A stretch of DNA of 56,201 nt from Myxococcota bacterium (lineage in GTDB: Bacteria; Myxococcota_A; Polyangia; Polyangiales; Sandaracinaceae), in NCBI GenBank assembly GCA_036149055.1, contig JAYZQJ010000194.1, positions 1 to 56,201 of the forward strand, read 5' to 3'. The notes beneath the pieces are model-generated. The model was not told the DNA's origin. It saw only the letters and a program-made list of their open reading frames with translations, and searched no databases. Made by a program: the position numbers and the translations under genes. The stretch's first letter is position 1. The number at the start of each line of letters is the position of its first letter. Below are positions 39,901-50,591 of the stretch, in pieces.

Positions 39901-40323
39901 TCACTCGATGGCGAGAACCTTGCCGAGGCGCGCGAGCAGGGGGAGGCCGGCCGGGAGGCCGTAGATGCGCAGGGCGCCGCTCCGGAGCGCGGTCGCCATC
40001 GCCCGGTTCACCTCGCCGCGCGGGTCCGGCAGGCCGAAGCGTCCGGTCTCCATGCGGGACATGTCGGCCACCACCTCGGCGGTGCCGCGGACCGTGACGT
40101 CCGGGATGCCGACGATGCCGTCGTGCACCACCGCGCGGCCGCCGCGGAACTCCATCGTCAGCGCGACGTCGGCGTCCTCGGCCACGATCGCCACCCGGCC
40201 GACCAGCCGCTCGAAGGCGGTGACCCGGTCGGGGTGGTCGTCGAGGTTCTGGCTCATCATCGTGGCCATCATGATGGCCAGGCCGTTGTCGTCGGCCCCG
40301 GGCGCGAGCTCGATCGCCGCCAT
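39901..40323 (-). CDS. SCP2-like lipid-binding domain protein
   Basis: F.GGRAVV.DG....PDVTVRG...ALRSGALRIYG pattern; coupled to the upstream SCP2 gene. Confidence 0.7.
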   Translation of the reverse strand: MAAIELAPGADDNGLAIMMATMMSQNLDDHPDRVTAFERLVGRVAIVAEDADVALTMEFRGGRAVVHDGIVGIPDVTVRGTAEVVADMSRMETGRFGLPDPRGEVNRAMATALRSGALRIYGLPAGLPLLARLGKVLAIE

Positions 40324-40326
40324 CGC

Positions 40327-40749
40327 TCAGGCCGGGAAGTCGGTGTCGACCAGGGTCGCCGACGAGACGAGCTGCTTGCTGGCCACCACGAACTTCAGGA
40401 GCGTGGGGAGGTGGCCCTTCTTCAGCTTGAGCTTGTTCTGCATCATCGCCTTGGTCGGGTCGACGTCGCCGCTGAGCACCTCTTTCCAGCGCTCGTACTC
40501 GGCGCGGACCACGAAGTCGGCGGTCTCGGCGCCCTGGGCGTCGGTCATCTCCGCGTCGCGGCACTTGCCGCCGTGGAGATCGAGGACCATCGCAGTGTCA
40601 CGCTCGATGCCGATCTCGGGCCGCGCCTCGACGACGTAGGCGACCTTGCCGTGCGTCCAGCCGGCGCCCGCCTTGGCGTAGCCGTCGTTGGCGTTGATCG
40701 CGTCTTTGAAGGCGGCCGTCCACTCGGCCGAGGGAAACTTGATGCCCAA
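40327..40749 (-). CDS. SCP2 sterol-binding domain protein
   Basis: FPSAEW..AF..AIN, DPTKAMMQNKLKLKKG; TTG start with GGAGG RBS. Confidence 0.8.
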   Translation of the reverse strand: MGIKFPSAEWTAAFKDAINANDGYAKAGAGWTHGKVAYVVEARPEIGIERDTAMVLDLHGGKCRDAEMTDAQGAETADFVVRAEYERWKEVLSGDVDPTKAMMQNKLKLKKGHLPTLLKFVVASKQLVSSATLVDTDFPA

Positions 40750-41003
40750 GGGTCTGCCTCCGGAAATGCTCGAATCGGGCGCGGAAAGTAGGCTGGCCGA
40801 AGGCCGGGCGCAATGCCCCGGCCGCAATGCGCCGCCCGTTTGCTTCGACGTCCCGGCCGCCAAACGCTAATGTCGGAACGTTTTTCGAGGCCGGGCGTTC
40901 GCGCCCCCCGCGGGAACCGAACGGTCACCCCGCGCGTCTCACGGCTCGAGCAGGAAGTCCCATCCGATTCTTCACCGCCATCGCCCAGCTCTTCCTCGCC
41001 CAG

Positions 41004-42128
41004 GTGAAGGGGATCGGCTGGCCTACGCTCGTCTCGCTGGGGCTCCACGGCGCCCTGGTGATCGGCGTGCTGCGGGCGCCCGCCAGCTGGGTGGAGCCCG
41101 AGGCGGAGCCGCCGCCGGTGGAGATCACGATCGTGACCCCCGAGCCGGAGCTCGCCCCGGAGCCCTGGCCGGAGGAGGAGGCGCCGATGCCCGAGGCGCT
41201 CCCGGAGCCGCTGCCCGAGGAGGCGCCGCCCCCGGAGGCGCCGGCCGCCTCGGCGATGCAGCTCCCCGGCCCGTCGATCGAGCCCTCCGAGGAGCGCCAG
41301 GAGGCGGGCGGCGATCCGCTGCCGAGCGTGGTGGAGCTGCCGAGCGCAGCGCCCGAGCGCCAGACGCCCGAGTCGCAGGAGAGCGAGGAGGAGCGGCAGC
41401 GTCGGCTGGCCGCCCTGATCGATCCCCGCAACGCGGCGCGCGGCGGCTTCACGCCCACCGGCCCCGGCCCCTCGCAGCGCAGCGGCCCGGCCGGGCTGGG
41501 CACGGGCCCCCGCGGCCCGAGCGAGCAGGAGATCGAGCGTCGCCTCGCGCAGGGCCTGCGGGCCGAGGCGATGACCAAGAGCTACACGACCCGGGAGCGC
41601 GTGGAGCCGCGCCGCCGCTCGGACGGCTCCTACGCCTGGCAGGGGCACCGCTTCACCGCGATCATCCAGCCCGACGGCGAGGTCCAGTTCCAGGACCGCG
41701 GCGCCGCGGAGTACGACCTGGGCAGCGGCTCGGGGAGCTTCGACGCGATGGACGCGATCATGGGCGCGGCGGGACAGGACCCCTACGCCTACGAGCGCGA
41801 GCGCTTCATGCGGGAGACCGAGGAGCTGCGGCACCGCCTCGAGGCCGAGTACCGCCGGCGTCAGATGGCCCAGGGGGTGCGCGGCTTACGAGGCCGGCTG
41901 GGCCGGATCTGGGCGACGGCCGAGCGCAGCCACGCCCAGCGGCGCCGACGCCTGTTCCAGATCTGGGACGAGATCGCGGAGGACGGCAGCGCCGACGGGG
42001 CGCGCCGCGCGGTGATCACCTTCATCCGCGAGAACCTCCCGGCGGGCAGCGAGCACGCCTACACCGACCGCGAGCTCGAGCGGTTCAACGCCCAGCGCGA
42101 GAGCCGCGAGCGCTTCGACCCCTACTGA
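41004..42128 (+). CDS. TonB-like architecture protein (SxxxH TM anchor, Pro/Glu linker, novel C-terminal domain)
   Basis: VSLGLHGALVIG anchor followed by an EP-rich spacer. Confidence 0.65.
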   Translation: MKGIGWPTLVSLGLHGALVIGVLRAPASWVEPEAEPPPVEITIVTPEPELAPEPWPEEEAPMPEALPEPLPEEAPPPEAPAASAMQLPGPSIEPSEERQEAGGDPLPSVVELPSAAPERQTPESQESEEERQRRLAALIDPRNAARGGFTPTGPGPSQRSGPAGLGTGPRGPSEQEIERRLAQGLRAEAMTKSYTTRERVEPRRRSDGSYAWQGHRFTAIIQPDGEVQFQDRGAAEYDLGSGSGSFDAMDAIMGAAGQDPYAYERERFMRETEELRHRLEAEYRRRQMAQGVRGLRGRLGRIWATAERSHAQRRRRLFQIWDEIAEDGSADGARRAVITFIRENLPAGSEHAYTDRELERFNAQRESRERFDPY

Positions 42129-42177
42129 GGGTGCACTCGGAGATTGGCTCCCGGGCCGGAATCTGTATGATGGCGGC

Positions 42178-42546
42178 GTGGGGACAACCGAGGGCGAGCA
42201 GCGCACCGTCCTCGTCGTAGAGGACGAGGACGGAGTACGTCGCGTGGTCGTGCGCGTAGTGCAGGCGGCGGGCTATCGCGTGATCAGCGCGTGTGAGCCG
42301 GACGAGGCGTTGAAGCTCCTCGACGGCTCCATCCCCGACGCGGTGGTCACCGACGTGAGCATGCCGCACGGCGGGGGCACCCGGCTGGTGGAGGAGCTCC
42401 GGCAGGGCCGGCCCGAGCTGCCGGTGGTGTTCATGACCGGGTACGCGCCGGACGATCAGGGGCTCGATGGGGTGGTGCTCCTGAAGCCGTTCCGGCCGAA
42501 CCAGCTGCTCGAGGCGCTCCAGAAGGCGTTCGGCGCGCCCGCCTAG
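42178..42546 (+). CDS. Single-domain response regulator
   Basis: VLVVED, TDVSMP, FMTGY, KPF. Confidence 0.9.
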   Translation: MGTTEGEQRTVLVVEDEDGVRRVVVRVVQAAGYRVISACEPDEALKLLDGSIPDAVVTDVSMPHGGGTRLVEELRQGRPELPVVFMTGYAPDDQGLDGVVLLKPFRPNQLLEALQKAFGAPA

Positions 42547-42563
42547 GCGGAGCCGCGAGAAGG

Positions 42564-42647
42564 CGCGGGCACGGCTGGATGAGAGCCGCGGGCACGGCTG
42601 GATGAGAGCCGCGGGCAGGGGCACGGGCAGGGGCACGGGCACGGGAC
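42564..42647. repeat. Tandem repeats: 23-bp unit x2.3 followed by GGGCAC/GGGCAG hexamers
   Basis: cgcgggcacggctggatgagagc at 42564 and 42587, partial copy at 42610. Confidence 0.85.
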
Positions 42648-42666
42648 GGCCTGCTAATGTTCGTGC

Positions 42667-43257
42667 ATGGACACCCGGCCGATTGATGTCTCGGTGGTGA
42701 TGCTCGGGATCGACGCGTCTGCGCGGCGGGAGGTGCAGGACGCGATGGAGGCGATCGCGGCGAGCGGGGACACCGCCACGCCGGCCGGGCTGGTGCAGAT
42801 GCTGCGGGAGGCGATCGCGCTGCTGCGCAGCCGGGAGGACGCCTGGACGCACGCGGCGGCGGAGAACCACCCGCCGATGGAGGCCGAGGAGGCGGAGGCG
42901 AAGTTCGGGCTGGCCGCGCACCGGGCCCGCTCCCGGTTCGATCACGAGCTGATCCGGGCCCACGCGGGCGGGGTGGCGAGGACCGAGGCGCCGCCGCTGC
43001 CGCCGCAGCCCGACGTGCCGGGCGTGGTGGTCGTGACCCTGGTGCTCGCCGCGCGGCGGGAGCTGCGGGACGTGGCCGACGTGCGGGATCGCGCCGCGCT
43101 CGGCCTCGCGCTCGACGGGCTCGCGGCGGTCGACCCGGGAGACTTCGTCGCGATGGAGGTGATCTGGTCGCCCGCCGACCCCGACGAGCGGGTCCCGGTG
43201 GAGGAGCTGGAGCGCAACCACCCCGAGCTGGTCCGCCTGGCCGGGGGGCGGGCGTGA
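42667..43257 (+). CDS. DUF1517 domain protein
   Basis: DT.TPAGLVQMLRE..LLR, VVVTLVLAA, EVIWSP...EELE..HPEL. Confidence 0.75.
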   Translation: MDTRPIDVSVVMLGIDASARREVQDAMEAIAASGDTATPAGLVQMLREAIALLRSREDAWTHAAAENHPPMEAEEAEAKFGLAAHRARSRFDHELIRAHAGGVARTEAPPLPPQPDVPGVVVVTLVLAARRELRDVADVRDRAALGLALDGLAAVDPGDFVAMEVIWSPADPDERVPVEELERNHPELVRLAGGRA

Positions 43258-44000
43258 TGCTGCGCTCGACGCTGCTGCAGGAGGCCGGCTTCCGGCACGC
43301 GTTCTCGACCCGCGAGGGCGGGGTGAGCGAGGGCCCGTTCGCCAGCCTCAACCTCGCGCGCACGGTGGGCGACGACCCCGAGGCGGTGGCCGAGAACACC
43401 CGCCGCTTCGTCGCCGCGCTGGAGTGCGATCGCCTCTACGAGGTCAGCCAGGTGCACGGGCGCCAGGTGGAGCGCGTGCGGGGCGAGGACGTGCTCGAGG
43501 TGCGGCGCCGCGAGGCCGACGCGCTGGTGACCGACGCGCCCGGCGCCGCGGTGGCGGTGCGGACCGCCGACTGCGTGCCGATCCTGCTCGCCGATCCGGA
43601 GACCGGCGCGGTGGCGGCGGTGCACGCGGGCTGGCGCGGGGTCGCGGAGCGCATCCTGCTGCAGGCGCTCGACGCGCTCGGCGCCGCCGATCCGATCGCC
43701 GCGATCGGCCCCCACATCCGGCTCGACGCCTTCGAGGTCGGGCCCGAGGTCGCCGAGGCCCTGAGCGCGGCGGTGCCGAACGCGCAGATCGTCGAGGCCC
43801 GCGAGCCCCGGCCGCACGTGGACCTGAGCGCCGCGGTGCGGGCCCAGCTCGCCGAGGCCGGCGTCACCCGGGTCGACGACGTCGGCGGCTGCACCCACGC
43901 CGAGCCGGCGCGCTTCTTCAGCCACCGCCGCGACGCGGGGCGGACGGGGCGTCAGCTCTCGGCGATCGTCGCCCGCGGGCGGACCAGCGGCTCCATCTGA
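43254..44000 (+). CDS. pgeF: PgeF/YfiH (DUF152) purine nucleoside phosphorylase-like protein
   Basis: TREGGVS, SLNL, QVHG, TADCVPIL, HAGWRG, FFSHRR. Confidence 0.93.
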   Translation: MMLRSTLLQEAGFRHAFSTREGGVSEGPFASLNLARTVGDDPEAVAENTRRFVAALECDRLYEVSQVHGRQVERVRGEDVLEVRRREADALVTDAPGAAVAVRTADCVPILLADPETGAVAAVHAGWRGVAERILLQALDALGAADPIAAIGPHIRLDAFEVGPEVAEALSAAVPNAQIVEAREPRPHVDLSAAVRAQLAEAGVTRVDDVGGCTHAEPARFFSHRRDAGRTGRQLSAIVARGRTSGSI

Positions 44001-44401
44001 CCGCGGAAGCGCGGCGACCACGAGCAGGGCGTGTTCGCCTCCGGATCGAGCCGCACCAGCCGGGTCTCGCCGCGGGCGTAGACGGTGTCGCCGTGCATCG
44101 AGCGGACCGACGCCTCGAGCACCAGGCTCGAGTTGCCGAGGTGCACCGGGCTGATCTCCACGAGCACCTCGCCCTCGCCGCGCACCGGCACGAGGTACTT
44201 GATCTGGTGGGCCGCGACCACGTGGTACTTGTCCGGGTTCGCGTCGAGATCGTCCTCCCACCGGAAGCCCAGCGCGTTGAAGAGCTCACCGCGCGCGCGC
44301 TCCATGAAGAGGAGGAAGCGCACGTTGTGCAGGATGTTCAGCGCGTCGAGATCGTCGAAGTAGACGCGCTGCGTCGTGCGGAAGGGGCTCGAGACGGGCA
44401 T
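43952..44401 (-). CDS. Acyl-CoA thioesterase (4HBT/YbgC hotdog fold)
   Basis: RVYFDDLDALNILHNVRFLLFMERAR. Confidence 0.88.
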   Translation of the reverse strand: MPVSSPFRTTQRVYFDDLDALNILHNVRFLLFMERARGELFNALGFRWEDDLDANPDKYHVVAAHQIKYLVPVRGEGEVLVEISPVHLGNSSLVLEASVRSMHGDTVYARGETRLVRLDPEANTPCSWSPRFRGQMEPLVRPRATIAES

Positions 44402-44441
44402 GGCGGGGATATAGCGCGTCGTGCTACCGATACCCGCTGCC

Positions 44442-45280
<839 letters not shown>

Positions 45281-45284
<4 letters not shown>

Positions 45285-46438
45285 CGCCCTACGAGCGCAC
45301 GCTCCGCGAGCTCTACGCGCTCTCCGCGCGCGGCATCGAGCCCGGCCTCGGTCGGGTGCGCGAGGCGCTGGCGCGGCTCGGAGATCCGCAGCGCGCCTTC
45401 AGGTCGGTGCACGTCGCCGGGACCAACGGCAAGGGCAGCGTCACCGCGATGGTCGCCGCGTCGATCGAGGGCGCGGGCCGCTTCACCTCGCCGCACCTGC
45501 ACCGGCTGACCGAGCGGGTGACGATCGGCGGCGCGCCCATCCCGCAGGACGCGCTCGTCGACGCCTGGGCCGACGTGAAGGCGGCGCTCGAGGGCGGCCC
45601 GCGGCTCACCTTCTTCGAGACGATGACCGCGATCGCCTTCGAGCTGTTCCGGCGGCGCGGCGTCTCGATCGCGGTGATCGAGGTCGGCCTCGGCGGGCGC
45701 CTCGACGCGACCAACGTGATCGATCCGAGCGGCTGCGCGATCACGCGCGTCGGCGTCGATCACACGAGCTGGCTCGGGCCCGAGCTCGGCGGGATCGCCG
45801 CCGAGAAGGCGGGCATCCTGAAGCCCGGGCGCTGGGCGGTGGTCGGCCCGCAGGAGCCCGACGCGTGGGCCGCGATCGAGGCGCGCGCGGCGGAGATCGG
45901 CGCGCCGATCGAGCGCGTCGAGCGCGAGCCGGGAGACGCCCCGGCCCACGTGCGCGAGAACCGCGCGATCGCCCGCCGCGTGATCGAGCGCCTGCGCGCC
46001 GACGGACTGGACGCCGATCCGGCCGCGGTCGAGACGACCCGCTGGCCCGGCCGCCTCGAGACGATCGACGACGTGCTGCTCGACGCGGCCCACAACGTCG
46101 ACGGCTGCCGCGCGCTCGCCCGGGTGCTCGCGGCGGAGGGCGCGCCGCGCACCCTGATCTTCGGCGCGATGAAGGACAAGGACTGGGGGCCGATGCTCGA
46201 CGCGCTCGCGCCCCACGTCGCCTCGATCGTCTACACCCGGGTGGCGCTCTCGCGCGCAGAGGAGCCGGCGCGCCTCGCCGAGCGCCACCCCGGCCGCGTC
46301 GCCCCGACGCCCGAGCGCGCCCTCGCGATGGCGCGCGAGGAGGGCCGCCCGGTCGTGGTCGCGGGGAGCCTCTTCATCATGGCCGAGCTGCGCGCGCTGC
46401 TCCTCGGCCTCGAGACCGATCCCCCCATCGCGCTCTGA
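45281..46438 (+). CDS. folC: Folylpolyglutamate/dihydrofolate synthase
   Basis: HVAGTNGKGS, FTSPHL, EVGLGGRLDATN, WPGRLE, DAAHN; TTG start overlapping the accD stop. Confidence 0.93.
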
Positions 46439-46697
46439 CTTTCTGGGCAGGGGCGGGTCCGCCCGGGTCCGCCCCCGCCCCCCCGCTGCGCCGGCACAAC
46501 GGTCACCACTCCGGCTGCTCCGCAGCCTACGCGGTGACCGCTGCACCGGCTCCGCGGGGCCTCCCCTACCCACTCCGGGACCTCGCTCCGCTCGGCCCCG
46601 ATCCCAGCGCGGGGCGCTGGGTCCCCTGCGGCTCGCGCTCGCGCGTCGCGCGAGCTGGCCGCCCGCTGCCGCGGGATCGAACCTGGCGGGGGGGGCG
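46439..46697 (-). repeat. Structured intergenic repeat, copy B (apparently complete)
   Basis: Reverse complement aligns with 56054-56201 and 1-115; multiple GNA-loop hairpins. Confidence 0.88.
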
Positions 46698-46922
46698 TGC
46701 GGTGGCCACGCTGTGCGCGTCCCTGCGGTCGTCCCGGGCGCTCGAATGCGGCGCCGCGAGGCGGTCGCCAGGCACCGTTGCCACCTCTCGAGCCGGTCCG
46801 CTTCAGACAGACTGAGGCCGATGCACTCCGAACGCGGGCGTTCGGGCGCGCGGTGACCAAGACTCCCGATGCGCCGCCGTTTGGCGCCCTTCGGGTACCC
46901 CTTGGACCCCTCCACCGATCCG

Positions 46923-49004
46923 ATGCACGCGCTCGCCCCCTACCTCGTGGGGCTGACGCTCACCAACCTCGCGCTCACGATCGTGTTCGCGGCCCTGCTG
47001 TGGTCCGACCGGCGGCGCTACCTGGTGGCGTGGGTCGTCGCGTGGTGCTCCTACACGGTCGGGAATCTGCTGGCCGTCTCTTCGTTCGTCGACGCCGGCC
47101 TCGGCGCGCCCGCCCTGATCGGGGTGCTCACGATGCTCTCGGCGAACGCGACGCTGATCGGCGCGAGCTTCTACCGGAAGGACGCGTGGCCGTGGCGCTG
47201 GCTCGCGGCGGAGGCGGCCGCGGTGGCCTGGAGCGTGGTCGCGGGCGCGGCGCTCGAGCTGCCGCTGGTGGCGATCACGCTGCCGCTCTTCGGCGTGCTC
47301 GGCGCGTGGCTGCTGGTCACCGGGGCGCGGATCGTCCGGCTGCGCGGCGTGGGCGCGAAGGTCGCGGGCGCGGCGCTCCTCCTCTGGGGGCTCCACGCGC
47401 TGGACTTCCCGTTCGTCGCCCACCTCGAGTGGGTGCGGCCGTGGGGCACGATGGTGGCCGAGGTGCTGATCACCGTGATCGGGACCGGCTTCATCCTGCT
47501 CCACGCCGACGGCCTCCGGCTCGAGAGCGAGCGGAGCGAGGCGCGCTTCCGGCGCTTCTTCGAGCACGCGATCGAGGGCATCTTCGCCTCGACCCTCGAC
47601 GGCCGCTTCGTCTACGCCAACGCCGCGCTGGTGCGCATGCTCGGCTACGCCGACGCCGACGCGCTGCTCGCGCTCGACCTCCGCGAGGACCTCTACGCCG
47701 ATCCGGCGGAGCGCGACCGCATCGTGCGCGGCCACCAGGGCTGCGCCGTGCTGCGCGCGCAGACCCGCTTCAAGACCGCGTCCGGCGGCGAGATCCCGGT
47801 GGAGCTGGTGGCCCGGCGCGTGGGCGCCGAGGAGGGCGTGGCGCACGCGTTCGAGGGCTTCGTCCGGGACCTCTCGGCGGAGCGAGCCCTCCGCGCCCAG
47901 GCCGCCCGGGGCGAGCGGATGGAGGCGCTCGGCCGGCTCGCCGGCGGCATCGCGCACGACTTCAACAACCTCCTCACCGTCGTCGTCTCCGGCGTGCACC
48001 TCCACCGGGGCGCCTGCGGGGTCGACGGCCCCGACGAGGATCTCGACGCGATCGAGCTCGCCGCCGAGCGGGGCATGGAGCTGACCCAGCAGCTCCTCGC
48101 GTTCGCGCGGCGGCGCGAGGAGCGCCCACAGGTGCTCGATCTCCGCGAGGTCGTCAGGGAGCAAGCCCGCATGCTCTCGCGCACCCTCGGCGAGGGCGTG
48201 CGGGTGGAGGTCGCGCCCACCGCGGAGAGCGCGTGCGTGCGCGGCGACCGCGGGCTCATGGCGCAGGTCCTGATGAACCTCGCCTTCAACGCCCGCGACG
48301 CGATGCCGTCGGGCGGGGCGGTGCGGCTCGACACCCGCGTGGACGGCGATCGCGTGGTGATGACGGTCGCCGACGAGGGCTGCGGCATGGACGCCGAGAC
48401 GATGTCTCACATCTTCGAGCCCTTCTTCACCACCCGGGGCGACGTGGGCGGGACGGGGCTCGGGCTCTCGTCGGTCTACGGCCTGGTGGGCCAGATGGGC
48501 GGGGCCATCGAGGTCGAGTCCGCCCCGGGCGAGGGCACGGTGTTCACGCTCGTCTTCCCGATCGCGCCGGCCGCGGCCGCGAGCGCGAAGGAAGAGCACC
48601 GCGTCTCGGCGAGCCCGGCGCCGTTCTCGGGGCGGCTGCTGCTGGTGGACGACGACCCCCACGTCCGCGGCACGACCCGCGCCCTGCTCGAGCGCCGCGG
48701 CTTCGACCTGGAGACGGCGGCCGACGGGGCGAGCGCGCTCGAGAAGGTGCTCCAGCCCGGCGCGGACTTCGACGTGGTGGTGACCGACGTGGTGATGCCC
48801 GGCATGGACGGGGTCGAGCTGCTCACCCGGCTGCGGGAGCTCCGGCCCACGCAGCCCGTCGTGATCGTGTCGGGCTACGCCGAGCCGCTCACCGAGCCCG
48901 CGCGCCTCGCCGCGCTCGACGCGCAGCTCGTGCCCAAGCCCTACACGCCGGACCGCCTCCTCGAGGCGATCGAGCGCGCCCGCGCTCTAGCCGAGGTCTC
49001 CTGA
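46923..49004 (+). CDS. Hybrid sensor kinase (multi-TM, PAS, HK, REC)
   Basis: About seven TM helices, PAS, AGGIAHDFNNLL, NARDAM, GTGLGLS, TDVVMP; start may be 46869. Confidence 0.92.
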   Translation: MHALAPYLVGLTLTNLALTIVFAALLWSDRRRYLVAWVVAWCSYTVGNLLAVSSFVDAGLGAPALIGVLTMLSANATLIGASFYRKDAWPWRWLAAEAAAVAWSVVAGAALELPLVAITLPLFGVLGAWLLVTGARIVRLRGVGAKVAGAALLLWGLHALDFPFVAHLEWVRPWGTMVAEVLITVIGTGFILLHADGLRLESERSEARFRRFFEHAIEGIFASTLDGRFVYANAALVRMLGYADADALLALDLREDLYADPAERDRIVRGHQGCAVLRAQTRFKTASGGEIPVELVARRVGAEEGVAHAFEGFVRDLSAERALRAQAARGERMEALGRLAGGIAHDFNNLLTVVVSGVHLHRGACGVDGPDEDLDAIELAAERGMELTQQLLAFARRREERPQVLDLREVVREQARMLSRTLGEGVRVEVAPTAESACVRGDRGLMAQVLMNLAFNARDAMPSGGAVRLDTRVDGDRVVMTVADEGCGMDAETMSHIFEPFFTTRGDVGGTGLGLSSVYGLVGQMGGAIEVESAPGEGTVFTLVFPIAPAAAASAKEEHRVSASPAPFSGRLLLVDDDPHVRGTTRALLERRGFDLETAADGASALEKVLQPGADFDVVVTDVVMPGMDGVELLTRLRELRPTQPVVIVSGYAEPLTEPARLAALDAQLVPKPYTPDRLLEAIERARALAEVS

Positions 49005-49011
49005 CGCGCGA

Positions 49012-49041
49012 GAGCCCTCACCCCGGTGGGGGCGAGGGCTC
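49012..49041. terminator. Hairpin between convergent genes
   Basis: gagccctc-acccc...gggg-gc-gagggctc. Confidence 0.55.
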
Positions 49042-49060
49042 CGCGACGAGAACGGTTGGG

Positions 49061-49873
49061 TCAGCGCGCCGGGATGCGACGGTAGCGCGCCATGATCACC
49101 TGGAAGGCGCCGTAGGCGGCGAGGCCGGTGGCGACCACCAGGAGCAGGATCGAGCCGAAGCTCTCGGAGCCGATCTCGCGCAGCGCGCCGCCGACGCCCT
49201 TGAACTGGCCGGGGTTCGAGCTGAAGCCCGCCTTCACGAGGTACACGCCCATGATGGCGAACACGACGCCACGCGCGGCGAGCGCGAAGCGGCCGAGCTT
49301 GGGCACCCAGCGCCGGAGCGTGCCGTTCATCTCACCGGTCTTCAGCTCGTCCTGGAACTTCAGGGTCGCGCCCTTGTAGAGCTGGTAGAGGGCGAAGCCG
49401 ATGACGAACAGGCCGATGGCGACCACGAGCACGGGCCCGATGGTGTCGACGGTCATCAGCTCGGCGAGGTAGGTCTGCTTCGACGCGCCGCCGCCGCCGC
49501 TGCCGAGCGCCATCTGGAACGCGGCGATGCCGAGCATGGCGTGCACCGCCGAGCTGGCGCCGTAGCCGACGCGCTTCAGCGTGCCGCCGGTGTCCGACTG
49601 AGCGTTCTCCGGATCGAAGATCGCCTGCACGGCGCGCCAGAGCGCGTAGGCGAACAGGCCGGCGCCGATCAGCACGAGCAGGAACTGCCCGAAGGGCTGC
49701 TGGCCGATGGTCTGGACGGCGTTCTCTCCGCCGCCGACGCTGCCGGAGCTCTCGACGACCTGCGCGATCGCGAGGCCGCCGATGAGGGCGTAGATGATGC
49801 CCTTGGCGACGTAACCCGCGCGGGCGGCGGGCTCGAGCCAAGGGTGGGTGCGTAGGGCCTTCGTGGTCCTCAT
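49061..49873 (-). CDS. DUF1206 domain membrane protein
   Basis: ARAGYVAKGIIY, QQPFGQFLL, G.AARGVVF repeated modules. Confidence 0.88.
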   Translation of the reverse strand: MRTTKALRTHPWLEPAARAGYVAKGIIYALIGGLAIAQVVESSGSVGGGENAVQTIGQQPFGQFLLVLIGAGLFAYALWRAVQAIFDPENAQSDTGGTLKRVGYGASSAVHAMLGIAAFQMALGSGGGGASKQTYLAELMTVDTIGPVLVVAIGLFVIGFALYQLYKGATLKFQDELKTGEMNGTLRRWVPKLGRFALAARGVVFAIMGVYLVKAGFSSNPGQFKGVGGALREIGSESFGSILLLVVATGLAAYGAFQVIMARYRRIPAR

Positions 49874-49928
49874 GAGTTTCTCTTCTCCTGGGTGTGGGTT
49901 GTCTGGCGCGCTCGTTCAGAGGGGGCGA

Positions 49929-50294
49929 TCAGTAGCGGCGCTCGGCCTCGGCGCGGTCACCGGCCTCGTCGGCGCGCTCCATCGCCTCCGCCTCGGCCTC
50001 CATCTCGGCCCGGGCGCCCGCGACCTCACGCTCGACGTCGTTCTCGGCGCGCTCCATGGCGCGGTCCGCCTCGAGGGTCTCCTGGTCCCACTCGCGCTCG
50101 GCCTCGTTCCACTCGTCGCTCATCTCGGCCTCGGCGCGCTCGCCGGCCCGATCGATGTCACGCGCGGCGGACTCGGTGGCCTCACCGAGGCTGCGGCCGC
50201 TCTGCTCGAGGTGGCTCTCGGTCTGCTCGCTGCAGCCGGCGCCGATGCCGAGCGCGGTGATGATGCCGAGGGCGGTGATCCACTTGTTGGTCAT
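49929..50294 (-). CDS. Acidic coiled lipoprotein (stress/LEA-like)
   Basis: MTNKWITALGIITALGIGAGC lipobox; E/A/R-rich repeats; GGAGG RBS. Confidence 0.75.
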   Translation of the reverse strand: MTNKWITALGIITALGIGAGCSEQTESHLEQSGRSLGEATESAARDIDRAGERAEAEMSDEWNEAEREWDQETLEADRAMERAENDVEREVAGARAEMEAEAEAMERADEAGDRAEAERRY

Positions 50295-50360
50295 GTCTTC
50301 TTTCCTCCGTTGAGCCGCGCACGTCGGGTGCGCGCGTCGCTCTGTGTTCACCGCTCACCG

Positions 50361-50376
50361 TGCATCGCCCGTGCCG
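50361..50376 (-). promoter_or_regulatory. Sigma54 (-24/-12) promoter
   Basis: CGGCAC-GGGCG-ATGCA upstream of the lipoprotein and DUF1206 genes. Confidence 0.6.
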
Positions 50377-50515
50377 ACCGCTCCCGCGCCGCCGTGTGGG
50401 GCGCGCCTCGTCAACTCGCGCCGCGCGCCTCCGCCCCGTGTGGCATCCCGCTTCGATCGGGTGAGAGCAAGCTGCTGTAATTTCACGGGAATCGCGGAAC
50501 GCAGGCGCTCGAACG

Positions 50516-50544
50516 AAAAAAGCCGCCCCCGGGGAGGAGGCGGC
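50516..50544 (-). terminator. Intrinsic terminator of the peroxiredoxin-like gene
   Basis: GCCGCCTCC...GGGGGCGGC followed by TTTTTT on the minus strand. Confidence 0.75.
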
Positions 50545-50591
50545 GGAGCGCGCGGTTTGCCCGCGCGCTGCGGACGGATGCGGAGCTGGGC

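Noticed and set aside
40810..40824. Sigma54 promoter upstream of the SCP2 genes
   Set aside because: GG-N10-GC is present but the -24 context (CGGCCG) is weak and expected by chance at this GC content.
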